DNA from: Podarcis filfolensis
Taxonomy: Eukaryota
Direction: 5' to 3' (one strand)
DNA length: 64,000 bases
NCBI GenBank assembly: GCA_964270895.1
Contig: OZ185435.1
Positions 34,707-47,305 of the stretch are shown one piece after another. Position numbers and translations under genes: made by a program. Position 1 is the first letter of the stretch, and each line of letters starts with the position of its first letter. Below the pieces are notes generated by a model. The model made no database searches. It was not told the origin of the DNA and saw nothing but the letters and a program-made list of their open reading frames with translations.

Positions 34707-35007
34707 CTTTAAAGATAATATTTCTATTTTTACTTTGAGAATTATTGAAGTAAGAGGTACCAAGATGTTAAGAAGAGGAACGAAGAATTAAGGACGTATC
34801 AAAAGCAAGATTAATGCTACAGACAGATACATAGACGTACATCGTATCTAGAGACATACAGACTTCGTATTATACATACAGAGTTTGTATTATAAAATGA
34901 ACACTAGGTTATTTCAGTCAAGCAAAAACTATAGGAGAGACAGTACAGAAGAAGAGAGTATTTTAAGAAGAACAAAGAAATTTTCTTCTTTAGGTGTGGA
35001 CATATAC

Positions 35008-35091
35008 CTTTAGCTGGTGGCGGTTTGACTTTTTTAGCCACAGGAACTGGTACTTTCTTTTCTGGGACAGCTTTCTTGGGTACCTCAGGCA
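35008..35091 (-). CDS. TTN: Titin PEVK exon
   Basis: VPEVPKKAVPEKKVPVPVAKKVKPPPAK; 84 nt. Confidence 0.94.
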
Positions 35092-35487
35092 CTTTAAAGA
35101 TATTAGTTGGTTTGTTAAAAGACAGGGAAAAAATATATATCCATCAACCCACAGGCACATCAGACATCACCTTCATTCAGCTTCAAATGAATAATTCTTC
35201 CTGAATCTGTTTCCATTCATACATTTAAGTTGTTGTTTTTTATTTACTTTCACGTCAATTAATAATGGAAATTTCAAATTCTTGCAGGCCTAAGCAAATT
35301 GCTTTGCAGAATCAGAAAGAACCTTTCTCTCTTTCACACATCCACACACCAATGTATACACACAACAACTTTGTTTCCAAGAGCAGTTTTTCGAATTGCT
35401 CAGCAGAAAGTTGGCAAAGCAACGCTTGTCAACATTCTGCTTTAAGGAAGACATACTCTTTGTACTGGAAAAGATTATGCCATATAC

Positions 35488-36882
35488 CTTTTGCTGGTTT
35501 CTTAGGTACTTCCGTAGGCTCTCCAGGAGCAGCAATGGCTTCTGGTTCCTCAGGAGCAGCTCTAGGTGCTTCAAGTGCAAGAATGTCCTCAGACCCCTCA
35601 ATGACGTATTGTTCTGCCTCTTCCAACTCATAAGCTGCAGCGCTCTCAGGTTCCCCAAAAGCAGTTATGGGCTCTAAGTCTTGGTGGACGGAAACATGTT
35701 GCCGCTCTCTCTTTCCGATAAAAGTCTGCACCTCTCGTTCCTCTTCGTGCTCTTCGATCTCTTTAGCTGGTGGGCGTTCTGGTTTTTTGAACAAGGGTTC
35801 GGGCTTCTTGGGCGGTGCCGCAAGCTCTGGTTTTTTAGGCACAGCGGCAGGTTTCGGCTTTTTCGTCACCACGACGTGTTCCAGTTTCTTGGGAGCAGCT
35901 TCGGGTTCAGGTTTCTTAGGCGCAGCAACAGGCTTGGGTTTCTTGGGCACAAGAGCAGGCTTAGGTTCCTCAGGAGCAGCAACGACTTGGGGTTCGTCAG
36001 GGACAGCAACAGGCTCAGGTCCTGTAAGGGAAACAATGTCCTCGGACCCCTCAATGACATATTGTTCTTCTTCTTCCATCTCATAAGCTGCAGTGCTCTC
36101 AGGTTCCTCAAAAGGAGTTATGGCCTCTATGTCTAGGTGGACGGAAACATGTTGTCGCTCTCTCTTTCCAATAAAAGTCTGCACCTCTCGTTCCTCTTCG
36201 TGCTCTTCGATCTCTTTAGCTGGTGGGCGTTCTGGTTTTTTGAACAAGGGTTCTGGCTTCTGAGGCTCTGGTTTTTTAGGTACAGGAGCAAGTTTCGGCT
36301 TTTTAGGCACTGCAATAGGTTCTGGTTTCTTGGGTGCAGCTGCAGGTTCTGGCTTTTTAGCTACAGCAGTAGGCTTCGGCTTTTTTGGCACAATAGCAGG
36401 TTTTGTTTCTTCCGGAGCAGCAACGGCTTTTGGTTCTTCTGGGACAGCTTCAGGTCCTTCAAGTGAAATAATCTCCTCTGATTCCTCAATAAAGTATTGC
36501 TCAGGCTCTGTGATCTCAAAAGCTGAAGCACTCTCAGGTTCTTCAAGCGCAACTATAGCCTCTATGTCCTGGTGGACAGAAACATGTGTTCGCTCTCTGT
36601 ACCCAACAATCGTTTGCACCTCTCGTTCTTCTTCATATTCCAAGGTCTCTTTAGCAGGTGGGCGTTCTGGTTTCTTAAGTACAGCCTTTGGTGGTTTTGG
36701 CACGGCTGCAGCTTCTGGTTTCTTAGGGACAATGGTAGGCTTGGGTTTCTTAGGCACAATAGCAGGTTCATGTTCTTCGGCCACAACAGTGACGACTTCT
36801 TCTTCATACTCAACAGTGACTTTTTCTTCTTCATAAACACTAATGGTCTCTGGTTCTTCAGACACAGCAAAGCGTTCTGGCT
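35488..36882 (-). CDS. TTN: Giant PEVK exon A (1395 nt from the internal acceptor; 1455 nt with an in-frame stop from the upstream acceptor at 36942)
   Basis: 478-aa ORF 35429-36865; donor AAAG|gtatat; three internal 145-151-aa repeats; 5' boundary uncertain. Confidence 0.8.
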
Positions 36883-37263
36883 CTTTAGGTAAAACAAGAG
36901 TTACTTTTTAAACTGGCACAGTTTTCCGAAGTACTTTGGGTGCTTAAAAGAGATTAGTTTTACTTTTAAGAAGGGGCAAAAGATATGTAGCTAATATGAC
37001 GAAGAAGATTGAAACATAATGCACAATTATAACAAAATCAGCAATTGTGTGTTTGCATACTAGGACACAGAGAAAGCAGTCGTGATGAAGTTCAGCACAG
37101 CTAAGCACTTTTTCTCTCACAGACTGGACTGAACCAACAGTATTGTTTACAAAAGAAATTTTAAGCAACGGAGCACAGACAGAACAAGAATCTCCCAGAC
37201 ATCTGCTTTAAACACCCGCATCAAAACCACATTCTTTATAACTGCATTAATGCTGAAATGTAC

Positions 37264-37362
37264 CTTTAACAGGAGGAGGTTCTGGTTCCTTAAGTACAGG
37301 CTTTTTAAGCACGGGAGTTGGTTCTTTCTCTTCGACGACAGCCTTCTTGGGCACTTCTGGCA
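37264..37362 (-). CDS. TTN: Titin PEVK exon
   Basis: VPEVPKKAVVEEKEPTPVLKKPVLKEPEPPPVK; 99 nt. Confidence 0.93.
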
Positions 37363-37673
37363 CTTTAAAGATATTAGTTAATGCTTACTATTGAATTTTG
37401 AAAGCACAATGAAATGTAAAAGATGGGGAAATGTCAAAGCTTGAGATGTAAGGTGAGGGGGCATGCATGCTTTTGTGCCCAGAATCTTGTAACAACAAAC
37501 TACCATGAAGTACAATCCACTTGTACCACCAGTAGAACTATGAGGATGGAGATGCTAAGCACAGAAAGCTACTCAAAAGGATGCATGACATAGACTCATA
37601 AGGATATCCAAAAGATGATCAATGATCAAGAGAATAAGAAAAGGATGTTTTTCGCTTCAGATATAACATATAC

Positions 37674-37751
37674 CTTTAGGTGTTGGTGGTTCTTTCTTTT
37701 TGAGCGTAGGGACCTTCTCTTCAGGCACAGGTTTCTTGGGCACCTCTGGCA
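37674..37751 (-). CDS. TTN: Titin PEVK exon
   Basis: VPEVPKKPVPEEKVPTLKKKEPPTPK; 78 nt. Confidence 0.93.
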
Positions 37752-38908
37752 CTTTAAAGATATTTGATTGTTTTACTATTATTAATTCTAAATGCAACGT
37801 GCAAGATTATGAGATCAAGAAACCGCGAGACACAAAACATGACGATATACAACATTATCTACTACATAACACTGAAGATCTATCTCAGCCTCTCGCTTTT
37901 CTCTTTCATTAAAACAATCACTAATTCAGACAATGCAGATAGAAAACAAGGGTATCAAATACAAACAAAGAAAATGCATTTACAATCCCTCTGTGACAAG
38001 ATAGTATTACACCCCCACTCGTCATAAACAGTAAATCTGTAAAAAGATTGGAGTGGTTTTAGTCTTGGTTATATTTACTCTATTACTGATGACTATATAT
38101 GAACTGATAAATATTTGATAAATATTTTCTTCTGGGCCATCATATATTCCTAAAGTGTTCTCCTTAATTCTCAGAACCCAATGATATACTCAAACTGATG
38201 GTAAAATCCAAGTACATATTAATAGGATGTTCACATTAACATCCAATGACTTTAATGGATAATGAATAAGTTTATGCCTTTGACAAGAATTTTGCCACCT
38301 TATTGGAAGATGACACAACACAACTGGAAGTTTACATGTCTTCTTTGGTCTGTTGATATTTTGTATTTTGATTTATTATTGACATGCATTGCCTAGGCAT
38401 ACCACCAACTTCTTTGCGACCCACCAAGCTCAATGCAACCTAAATGTCACTGGCAGCTCATAAACCTCTGGCTTTTCTTGCTCAATGTGATCAAAAAGAC
38501 TATAAAAATGTATCTGTTTGATACGCATTCGGATTACATGTTACTTTGGGCATAATCCAGTTAAAGTTAAGCACTTTGTGCTTAATCCTTCCACTGAAAT
38601 TAATGGGACATGCATAAACTTCCTGCTCATGTTTAGTCAGAAGGAAGTCCCATGGTGTACAATGAACTTTTCTCTCAGATGTGTGCACAGAACTGTAGCC
38701 TTAAAAGTGCTTAGCTTCACCTGGATTGTGTCCAATAAATGCCACATTTCAATGGGAAGTAATAAATGAAGAAACTGAAGGCATGGGAGCAAGGCAAAAA
38801 CTGGAATCCTGCTCCATTTAAAACCCATGGGAGTTTTACTACTGATTCTATATAAGCAGCATTGTACCCAAATATTTTCACTATGATTATTTCAGAATTG
38901 ACAAATAC

Positions 38909-38980
38909 CTTTAGCAGGAGGAGGTTCTGGTTTCTTTGGTACTTTTTCTTCTGGGACAATTTTCTTGGGCACTTCAGGCA
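38909..38980 (-). CDS. TTN: Titin PEVK exon
   Basis: VPEVPKKIVPEEKVPKKPEPPPAK; 72 nt. Confidence 0.93.
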
Positions 38981-39617
38981 CTTAAAAGATATTAGTTTTG
39001 AATGTGTGATTGTCAAAGATATAAAAGAGTTGAAAACAATAAACACAAAACTTGAAAACATGACAAAAACGATATTCAAATACAATTTTCTCCACCTCTC
39101 CACAAATGCAGACAGTATATTTTCTTTATTTCATGCTATATCCCTAGTTTGTTTTTGTTTTGTTAAATGAGTCCTCCTTCCCTTTCCTGAGAAGTTATGC
39201 AGATCTCTATAACGTGTGGCAGTTTAATTGCCATCCTATTTCTTTGTCCTTCTGTTAAATTATCACAATCAATGGAAAATGAGCATAGCATTAGTAAGGG
39301 ATGGAGATACTTCCTGGTACATTCTCATTTGAATTTTCCTTAAGTATATGAACTACACAGTTTATTTTTCAGTAAATTTCTGCTGCCAGGGTTGCTGAAA
39401 ATAAATAGGTCAACAGCCTGGATGGCAGATCACTCACCAAGAGCTAAGAGTAAGCTAATAAAGAAATTATTTTATAAAATAGGCTGAAAGCCTTCTGGAT
39501 ATCTCACATGAAGAAGACATGTTGTACATCATAAGACAAAACAAGGAACACAAAGTACAACAAATACATCAGAATAAGAAGATGCTTCCATGTGACCACA
39601 ATAATGTTGACATGTAC

Positions 39618-39686
39618 CTTTAGCTGGTGGAGCTTCTGGTTCAGGCGGTTTCTTTTCTGGAACGACTTTCTTGGGAACTTCTGGCA
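39618..39686 (-). CDS. TTN: Titin PEVK exon
   Basis: VPEVPKKVVPEKKPPEPEAPPAK; 69 nt. Confidence 0.93.
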
Positions 39687-40126
39687 CTTTAAAAGACATT
39701 GGTCAGTTTTAATGTCCGATTTATTTATTTACTTTCACGAGAAATTTTATACACTGCTTGATTGTAAAAATAAAGTAAAATAAAAAACAAATCCTCAAAG
39801 GGGTTTACAAAAAAAGATAATACAATTATCGATAAGACAAATTAACAACAGTAATTTAAGACTTTTTGGAAAGGCTAAAATAACAATAAACAGATTAAAA
39901 CATGCACCAGCTTTCTAAATGTAGAAGAGATGAGCAAAACGCAAGGGAAAAACAGATAATACAAGAAACTCAAGCAGCACTCCTTAGATCTGTTCACAGA
40001 ATCGAGTGAACAGATTTGAGTTTGCCACCAAAACAGTAGAAGGAAATCCGAGGAGGTGGAGAATTTGAAAGAACTAAACATGCAAAACAATAAGAATACA
40101 AATATTCCCAAGATGCTAAGATATAC

Positions 40127-40198
40127 CTTTGGGTGCTGGAGGTTCAGGCTTTTTCACGGGTACTTTTTCTTCTGGGATTTTCTTTGGCACCTCAGGAA
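40127..40198 (-). CDS. TTN: Titin PEVK exon
   Basis: VPEVPKKIPEEKVPVKKPEPPAPK; 72 nt. Confidence 0.93.
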
Positions 40199-40478
40199 CT
40201 TCAAAGATAGTAAATTGTTTTAAGTCTTGGGCTTCAGTGATGTATGCCAGTAATTAACAAGAGCAAACAAGGGGAAGGGAAACCAACATAAAGGGCTATC
40301 TTTTTTCTAAAATACATGTGGGACACATCTTACATATGACTGCATTATGAGAAGTCATCTCAGAGGGAAAATAAGACTATTAAACATACTTTCACAAATA
40401 TTCAGTTATGTGAAAATAATGTTACATCTATAAAGCAAATCTGAAGTTCTTTGTGGCGTTTCTGGTTATGACATGTAC

Positions 40479-40562
40479 CTTTAACAGCAGGAGGCTCTGG
40501 TTTTTTAGGCTCAGGAACCTTTGCTTTTTCCTCAGGGACCACTTTCTTGGGTACTTCCGGAA
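40479..40562 (-). CDS. TTN: Titin PEVK exon
   Basis: VPEVPKKVVPEEKAKVPEPKKPEPPAVK; 84 nt. Confidence 0.93.
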
Positions 40563-40856
40563 CTTGAAGGGAAAATAATTTCATTTAAGAATGCGAATAT
40601 CAAAGAATGCGCAGAAGATACTAAGGACACATGAAAGTCGTAAAACACAGAACTTCAAAAATAAGGACAAAACTGGAGAGAACTGGTATGACACAATTAA
40701 GCTGTACAGAAGTAAGCCTCCTGTCTTTCTTTACAAATCACACAGTAGAAACACACAGATGGAAATCGATATTTTCCTGTCTCTCCCCTTGATAAAGGTT
40801 AAATATTCCTCCCAAGAGCAAACAAAGCTGTTTCATGCATTACAAGCAATACACAC

Positions 40857-40940
40857 CTTTAGCAGGTGGAGCTTCCGGTTTCTTAGGCACTTCAGCTGGT
40901 ACCTTCTTTTCCGGAACAACTTTCTTTGGCACCTCAGGCA
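40857..40940 (-). CDS. TTN: Titin PEVK exon
   Basis: VPEVPKKVVPEKKVPAEVPKKPEAPPAK; 84 nt. Confidence 0.93.
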
Positions 40941-41421
40941 CTTGAAAACATTAATATTATTTTTTTTACAACAAGTCATTTAAGAAACATACACAGTTGC
41001 AAACACACACACAACCCCAACATTAAATAGCAGCACAGATCCATCATTTGAGTTCATGGTTCCCACATCTTGTTCTTAATGTAGTGATGGCCACCAAATT
41101 GGTTGGCCTTCAAAGGGGTTCATGGGGGAATAAGGCTACCAGTGGCTACCAGTCATTATGGTTGTGTATTACTTCCAGAGTAGGGGCAGTATGCTCCTCA
41201 AAACCAGTTTTTGGGAAATCGCAAGTGAGGAGAGTGCTGTAGTGCCCATGTTCTGCTTGTGGACTTCCCATTAGCATCTATTTAGTCAGGCACTGTGACA
41301 GCCATGTGCTAGATTAGATGGGGTTTTGGTCTCTTCTTGTGTTCACCCAAATATATTTAGGTATTGCAGATATACAGTATGGTAACACCAACAGACTTCA
41401 GTTTGAAAAATGTGTACTTCT

Positions 41422-41539
41422 CAGTGCTATTTTTCTAGAAAAAGAGGTGCCAGACTTTGTTTCCTTAGAATGGCAATGGCGCCCATCTGAGAGGTGCCAG
41501 AACTGAGTTCTGGCAAGTTCCGGCTGAAAAAAAGCCCTG
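41422..41539. mobile_element. hAT-type MITE
   Basis: TIR CAG(T/G)GCT(A/T)TTTTT; 8-bp flanks 6/8 identical. Confidence 0.65.
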
Positions 41540-41581
41540 GTAGTACTAACTTGTCATTCTTTCTTTAAAAATGAGGCCTAC

Positions 41582-41665
41582 CTTTGGCAGGTGGAGGTTC
41601 TGGCTTCTTTGGCACAGCCACTGGAGCTTTTTCTTCTGGGACAGGTTTCTTTGGTACCTCAGGCA
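41582..41665 (-). CDS. TTN: Titin PEVK exon
   Basis: VPEVPKKPVPEEKAPVAVPKKPEPPPAK; 84 nt. Confidence 0.93.
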
Positions 41666-41784
41666 CTGAATAAGATTAGCTTATGTTAATGCCATGTATT
41701 CCAAAGGTAGCATATGTTAATCCTGTCACAGAATGGTAGCAGGTGGACACATAATAGCTTCAATAATGTGAACTTAAACACGTA

Positions 41785-41980
41785 CAGGGGTACCTTGGTT
41801 CTCGAATAGCTTAGTTGTCAAACAAATTGGCTCCTGAATGCTGCAAATCTCCAATGCGGCTTCCGCTTGCATGCAGGAAGCTCCTGCAGCCAATCGGAAG
41901 CTGCATCTTGGTTTTCGAATGGTTTTGGGAGTCAAATGGACTCCTGGAACGGATTAAGTTTGAGAACCAAGGTACTACTG
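41785..41980. mobile_element. Tc1/mariner (Tigger-like) MITE
   Basis: TIR CAG(G/T)(G/A)GTACCTTGGTTCTC; TA on the left flank. Confidence 0.82.
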
Positions 41981-42150
41981 AATACCATATATACAATATG
42001 ACTAATAAGTGCTATCGTTGCTGCCATGTATTCTATGTGAAGAATAATGACAAGGAAGTATGAAAGAAATGAAGTGTTGACACTGAAGGAGCAGTAAGGA
42101 ACTGATGGGATGGGAGCATCTTATTTGTTGAATTCATGAAATGCACACAC

Positions 42151-42225
42151 CTTTAGCTGCTGGCACCTCTGGCTTTTTAGGCACAACTTTCTCTTCTGGA
42201 ACAGGTTTCTTTGGTACTTCAGGCA
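42151..42225 (-). CDS. TTN: Titin PEVK exon
   Basis: VPEVPKKPVPEEKVVPKKPEVPAAK; 75 nt. Confidence 0.93.
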
Positions 42226-43413
42226 CTGTTAAAGGAAGGGTATGGATTTTGCTTACTCTTTGGTACAGGACGATACACATAACTTCTAAGACACAAATGC
42301 AAACTGAGGCTGCAGTCTAAACTCAACGCACACTAGGAAGTAAGTCCCACTGAATATTAACAAGTGACAACATTGCTCAGCTTAAAGCTGTAATCCTAGG
42401 TCCAGTTATGTTCGAATCCCATCGAATGCAGCAGCAGCCGCTTCTGAGACGTGACTGCACTGGCCATCATCTAATACACAAGGCTTTGTCTTTGAAGGCT
42501 CTCATCTGAAATGTGCCATCTCTCTGAGACAAGGTGGGCGGTGACTGGGGTAGTGGCCTTTTTGTGGAACTATTTCCCAAGGGAGGCTCACCTAGCATAC
42601 AGTCTTTTTTGCCATCATTGTTATTAACACCATCATTAACATTTAAAAAAAATAAATATTTTTTATACATAATTTAAATAGAAAGAAATAGTAAGGAAGA
42701 AAGCACAGCATTGACAAACCAGTAACAGAACAGTAAATAATTAAGCAGTTAACAATTTAATAACCGACACTACAATAAATTAATTTCAATAATAATTTTA
42801 AAAGGAAATATAATAATTTGAAATAAAGTTATAGTAGATGGGGATATTTGAATAATAATATTCAATTTATATCCTTTATCTTTAATGTATAATTTATAAT
42901 TTGAAATTTGACGGAAACCATAATTATATATTCTCATAAGATCTTTTGATGACACCCTATTTATTTCACCTGCCTGTTCACTGTTGAGGAGACTGTCTTA
43001 GTGATGCTAGTCTTATCTGCTGTTTGATCTTTCAAAATTGTTTTCTTATTTTTATGGTGACCTGTTCTAGAAATTTTGATATTAACGGCTGACTGTGAAT
43101 TTACAAACAAGCAAACAAATAAATAGTATTAGCTTAAAGGAGAACATTTCTGCCACCTTTGGTATCCAAATACCACACTTGATATGGTCTCCTAAAGTGA
43201 AGAACACATGGCATTTAGAGATGATAATGTGTAGTATAAAAAAGTAATAAGATATACACTGGCCTGGTTCATGTGACACAGTAAGCTATGCTATGGCTTA
43301 CCCGAATTGTGCAAAAGTGCAGGCTTTCAATCACCACCTTGCAACCAGTTTGCTCCTCCGTAGTCTTTTTTAGTATTACACTGCGCTGAGCTCAATCAAA
43401 GTTTAGTTTAGTG

Positions 43414-43549
43414 CAGGCTTCCTCAACCTCGGCCCTCCAGATGTTTTTGGCCTACAACTCCCATGATCCCTAGCTAGCAGGACCAGTCGTCAGGGATGCT
43501 GGGAATTGTAGTCTCAAAACATCTGGAGGGCTGAGGTTGAGAAGGCCTG
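43414..43549. mobile_element. Palindromic hAT-type MITE
   Basis: Long inverted arms (caggcttcctcaacctcggccctccagatgttt...); perfect TSD GTTTAGTG at 43406-43413 and 43550-43557. Confidence 0.9.
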
Positions 43550-43712
43550 GTTTAGTGCATTACCAGAGCCCAGACTCACTGTTAAGTGGTCTACTCACTA
43601 ACCATGAGCTGCAGCTGAGGTTTCTTCTTACCATGTCATGCAAACCAGGCCAATGCTTATCCTCCTGGACCAGCCCTAACCCACTGCTGCTTTCTGTCAA
43701 AGGGGATGTTAC

Positions 43713-43787
43713 CTTTAGCTGGAGGTGCTTCTGGAACAGCAGCTGGCACCTTCTTTTCTGGGACAACTTTTGTGGGTACCTCAGGCA
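43713..43787 (-). CDS. TTN: Titin PEVK exon
   Basis: VPEVPTKVVPEKKVPAAVPEAPPAK; 75 nt. Confidence 0.93.
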
Positions 43788-44148
43788 CTTGAAAAGAAAT
43801 AGCATCATTTTCTGTTACGTTTCAGTTTGTTAAAATGCAGGCAAAAGTGTCAGGAATAAAGAGGCGCCTTTAGAGGAATATCAGGAAGGTTAGTGGTCAA
43901 TATTAAGCAGTCACAGTTCAGGGGGAAAGCAAGTTCCATTGAAATTGATGGGGTTTTGTATCCATAACTCTCTAAATTGTAACCAAAACCTATTTGAACA
44001 TGTCCAATTAAGAAATGAAGTCAGTTTTTAGAAGACGAGGAAGAAGAAAAGACTGCAGAATTATAAATGGGGGTGGGGGGAAGTGAACCCATAACCCATT
44101 TCTTTTTCTTTTGGTAAGAATGAATGTCACCAAGACTGAGGTATATAC

Positions 44149-44232
44149 CTTTAGCAGGTGGAGGAGCTGGTTTTTTAGGCACTGCAACAGGTATTTTCTC
44201 TTCTGGCACAGCCTTCTTGGGCATCTCGGGAA
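44149..44232 (-). CDS. TTN: Titin PEVK exon
   Basis: VPEMPKKAVPEEKIPVAVPKKPAPPPAK; 84 nt. Confidence 0.93.
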
Positions 44233-45261
44233 CTTTAAAGATATTAGTACATTTTACTTTGAAGAACTGAAAATGGTTTATAACACGGCATGAAGAAGTG
44301 AAACAGATTTAGTCCCAACAGACAGAACATGACACACGGACATGGAATGACATGGACAATATTGACATTAAAATCACACGGGTGGGTATTCAATTGAAAG
44401 CAGGAGGCTGCCCTTTACATTTTATAGACATAGACCTTTTCTCAAAACAGCTATAGTTGGCGTATGAACAAGCACCACAACGTCAATTGTTGCTGAATAT
44501 TAGCTGTCCAGGTGGCAAATCTGAACAAATCATTCAAGTGACCGAAGAGAAGGCACTGGGATAAAAACTCCCCTCTATACAGGTCCTTCATTCATATATA
44601 TAAGTAGTTATCTTTTATGGGCTGATGGAAATGGTTGAACTCAACTGAACATTTGAAATATTTCAAAACACCTGCTGATATATCTGTTTTGTAAGATTAC
44701 TTCCACTGCTGTTACCTTCCTGACAGTGATTTGGGTATGTTTATTATTATTAATTATTATCATAATTAGCATTTCCCCTTTCATCCTGGCATCTGACCTC
44801 ATGTTTTATGATGTATTGTGTCATATTTGTTTATAAAGGGAAGGATGCCTATGCATCAAGCTGCAAATGGAACTTTTTAGGACACAAGATTATCAGGAAA
44901 CAAGAAGAGATAAGTTCTTTTTTTACTTTCTTTCTTACCCAGCAGAGCTTCTGTTTTTTTGCTTTTTGTCAGCACTTGTAGAACAGGTTTCTTGGATAAA
45001 CCAGATACTTCAATAAAGATATTAGACTGTGTTAACTGTACGAACTGAAGAAGCCACAATAAAGATAAATAACAGCAAGACCATGAAGACTTGACACCAA
45101 ACATTGACATTAATTAGGCACATTCACATTTACGTATGACGAGAGAAGTTGCCTGTACAAAATTTATAAACTAACATGAAACAAAAAAGATTTTTTTTCC
45201 ACAAACAAGACAAACATTTCTTAAGCCAAGAGTGTCTTTTCCCTTTGGGAATGACGTCTAC

Positions 45262-47067
45262 CTTTTAATGGTGGAGGCTCTGTTGCAGGCACAGCATAAG
45301 GGTCTTGTTTTTTAGGTTTAGCAACCATCACAGTCTCTTCTGGTATTTGAGCCTCTGCTGCTTCAAGCACAACAGCAGGCTCTGGTTTTCTGGGTTTGGA
45401 AACAGATGCCTTTTCCTCTGGCTCTTGCCACCAAACTGTTTCAGGCACCACTGTAGGTTCTGGCTCCCTGGATTTTGCTCTCTTTTCTTCTTCCACCTCA
45501 GGCTTTGCTGTTTCAAGCACCGCGGCAACTTCTGGTTCCCTGGGTTTGGTGACAGTCATCTTCTGTTTTGCCGCTGGAAGCTTTACTGTTTTAGGCACTG
45601 CAATAAGTTCTGGTTTTTTAGGTTTAGCAGCGGCTACCTCCATTTCTGGCACACGAGGTTCTGCTGATTCAAGAACAGCAATAGGTTTCGGTTTCTCAGG
45701 TTCCACAATATCTATCTCTTCTTCCAGCTCAGGCTCTGCCATTTGAGGCATGACAATGAATTCCTGTTTTCTGGGTTTGGCAACAGCCATCTTGTCTTCT
45801 GGCATGTAAGGCTCTGCTGTTTTAGGAGCCACACCAAGCTCTGTTTTTTTAGGTTTAGCAATGGTTGCCTTCTTTTCTTCCTCTTCAGGCCCTTCTAGGT
45901 CAGGCACCAAAGCAGGTTGTGGTTTTCTGGGTTTGGTGACAGCTATCTTCTGTTTTGGTGCAGGAGGCTCAGGCACCAGAGGCTCTGTTTTTTGAGGTTT
46001 AGCAACAGCTGCTTTCTTTTCTGGCACATGAAGTTCAACTGCCTCAAGAACCGAAGTGGGTTTTGCTTTCTTGAGTTCAGCAATATCTACCTCCTCTTCT
46101 TCCACTTCAGACTGTACCATCTGAGCCATGACAATGGATTCCGGTTTTCTGGGTTTGGAGACAACCATCTGCTCTTCTAGTCCTTTAGGCTCTGCTGTTT
46201 CAGGCTCCACAACAGGTCCTGGTTTTCTGGGTTCAGTGACAGCTATCTTCTGTTTTGGCACTGGAGGCTCCACTATTTTAGACACCATAATAGGTTCTGG
46301 TTTTTTAGGTTTAGCAACAGCTGCCTTCTTTTTTGGTACATGAGGTTCTACCGTCTCAAGAACTACAGCAGGTTTGGGTTCCTCAGGTTCAGCAATATCT
46401 ATCTCCTCTTCTTCCATTTCAGGCTCTACTGTTTGAGGAAACCAAACAGGTTCTGGTTTCCTAGGTTTGGAGACAGCCATCTGGTCTTCTCGCACTGGAG
46501 GCTCTGTTGTTTTAGGAACCACACCAGGTTTTGTTTTTTTAGGTTTAGCAATGATTAGCTTCTTTTCTGGCACCCCAGGCTCTTCTGTTTCAAGCTCCAC
46601 AAGAGGTTCTGGTTTTCTGGGTTTGGCAACAGCTATCTCCTGTTTTGACTCTACTGTTTTAAGCATCACAACAGGCTCTGGTTTTTTAGGTTTAGCAACG
46701 ACTTTCTTCTTTTCTGGCACATGAGGTTCGACTGCCTCATAAACTGCAACAGGTATGGGTTCCTCAGGTTCAGCAATATCTATCTCCTCTTCTTGCACTT
46801 CAGGCTCCACAATGGGTTGTGGTTTTCTGGGTTTGGCAACAAGTGGCTTCTGTTTTGGCACCTCAGGCTCTGCTGGCTTTGATACAGCAATAGGTTCTGG
46901 TTTTGTGGGTTTACGAGCAGCTGTCTTCCTTTCTGGTGCTTGAGGCTGCGTTATCTGAGATACTTCAGTAAGTTCTGCTTTTTTATGTACAGAAACTAAT
47001 TCTGTTTTTTCATGCTTTGCAATGGATATCTTCTCTTCTGCCATTCCTTTTCTGGGCACCTCAGACA
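45262..47067 (-). CDS. TTN: Giant PEVK exon B (1806 nt, 602 codons)
   Basis: tttaaag|TGTCTGAG...TTAAAAG|gtagac; open 639-aa ORF; repeated KP(R/K)KPEP and EEEIDIAEP motifs. Confidence 0.88.
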
Positions 47068-47212
47068 CTTTAAATAAAATCAATTCCCTTGTAAGAATTT
47101 TTAAACCACAAAATGCAAACAGTAGCATCAAACTGAACAAGAGCGAAATAATGAAAATATGTCACTTTTGTGACTTTGGTAGCTTTACGTTTTCCTCGAA
47201 GAGAGAATATAC

Positions 47213-47305
47213 CTTTGGGAGGTGCAACCTCACGTTTCCTAGGAATGGCAGCAGGATACCGTTCTTCCATTTCTTCTAGAAGCATTTCCTCATATGTTTC
47301 TGTAT
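47213..47305 (-). CDS. TTN: Titin PEVK exon
   Basis: DTETYEEMLLEEMEERYPAAIPRKREVAPPK; 93 nt. Confidence 0.88.

Noticed and set aside
35667-36892. Long plus-strand ORFs (e.g. 35667-36086, 36330-36836, 36572-36892; similarly 45305-46943)
   Set aside because: Antisense shadows of low-complexity PEVK codons, with no independent protein signature.
42640-42960. Extremely AT-rich low-complexity tract
   Set aside because: No periodicity or defined motif; a matrix-attachment role cannot be supported from sequence alone.
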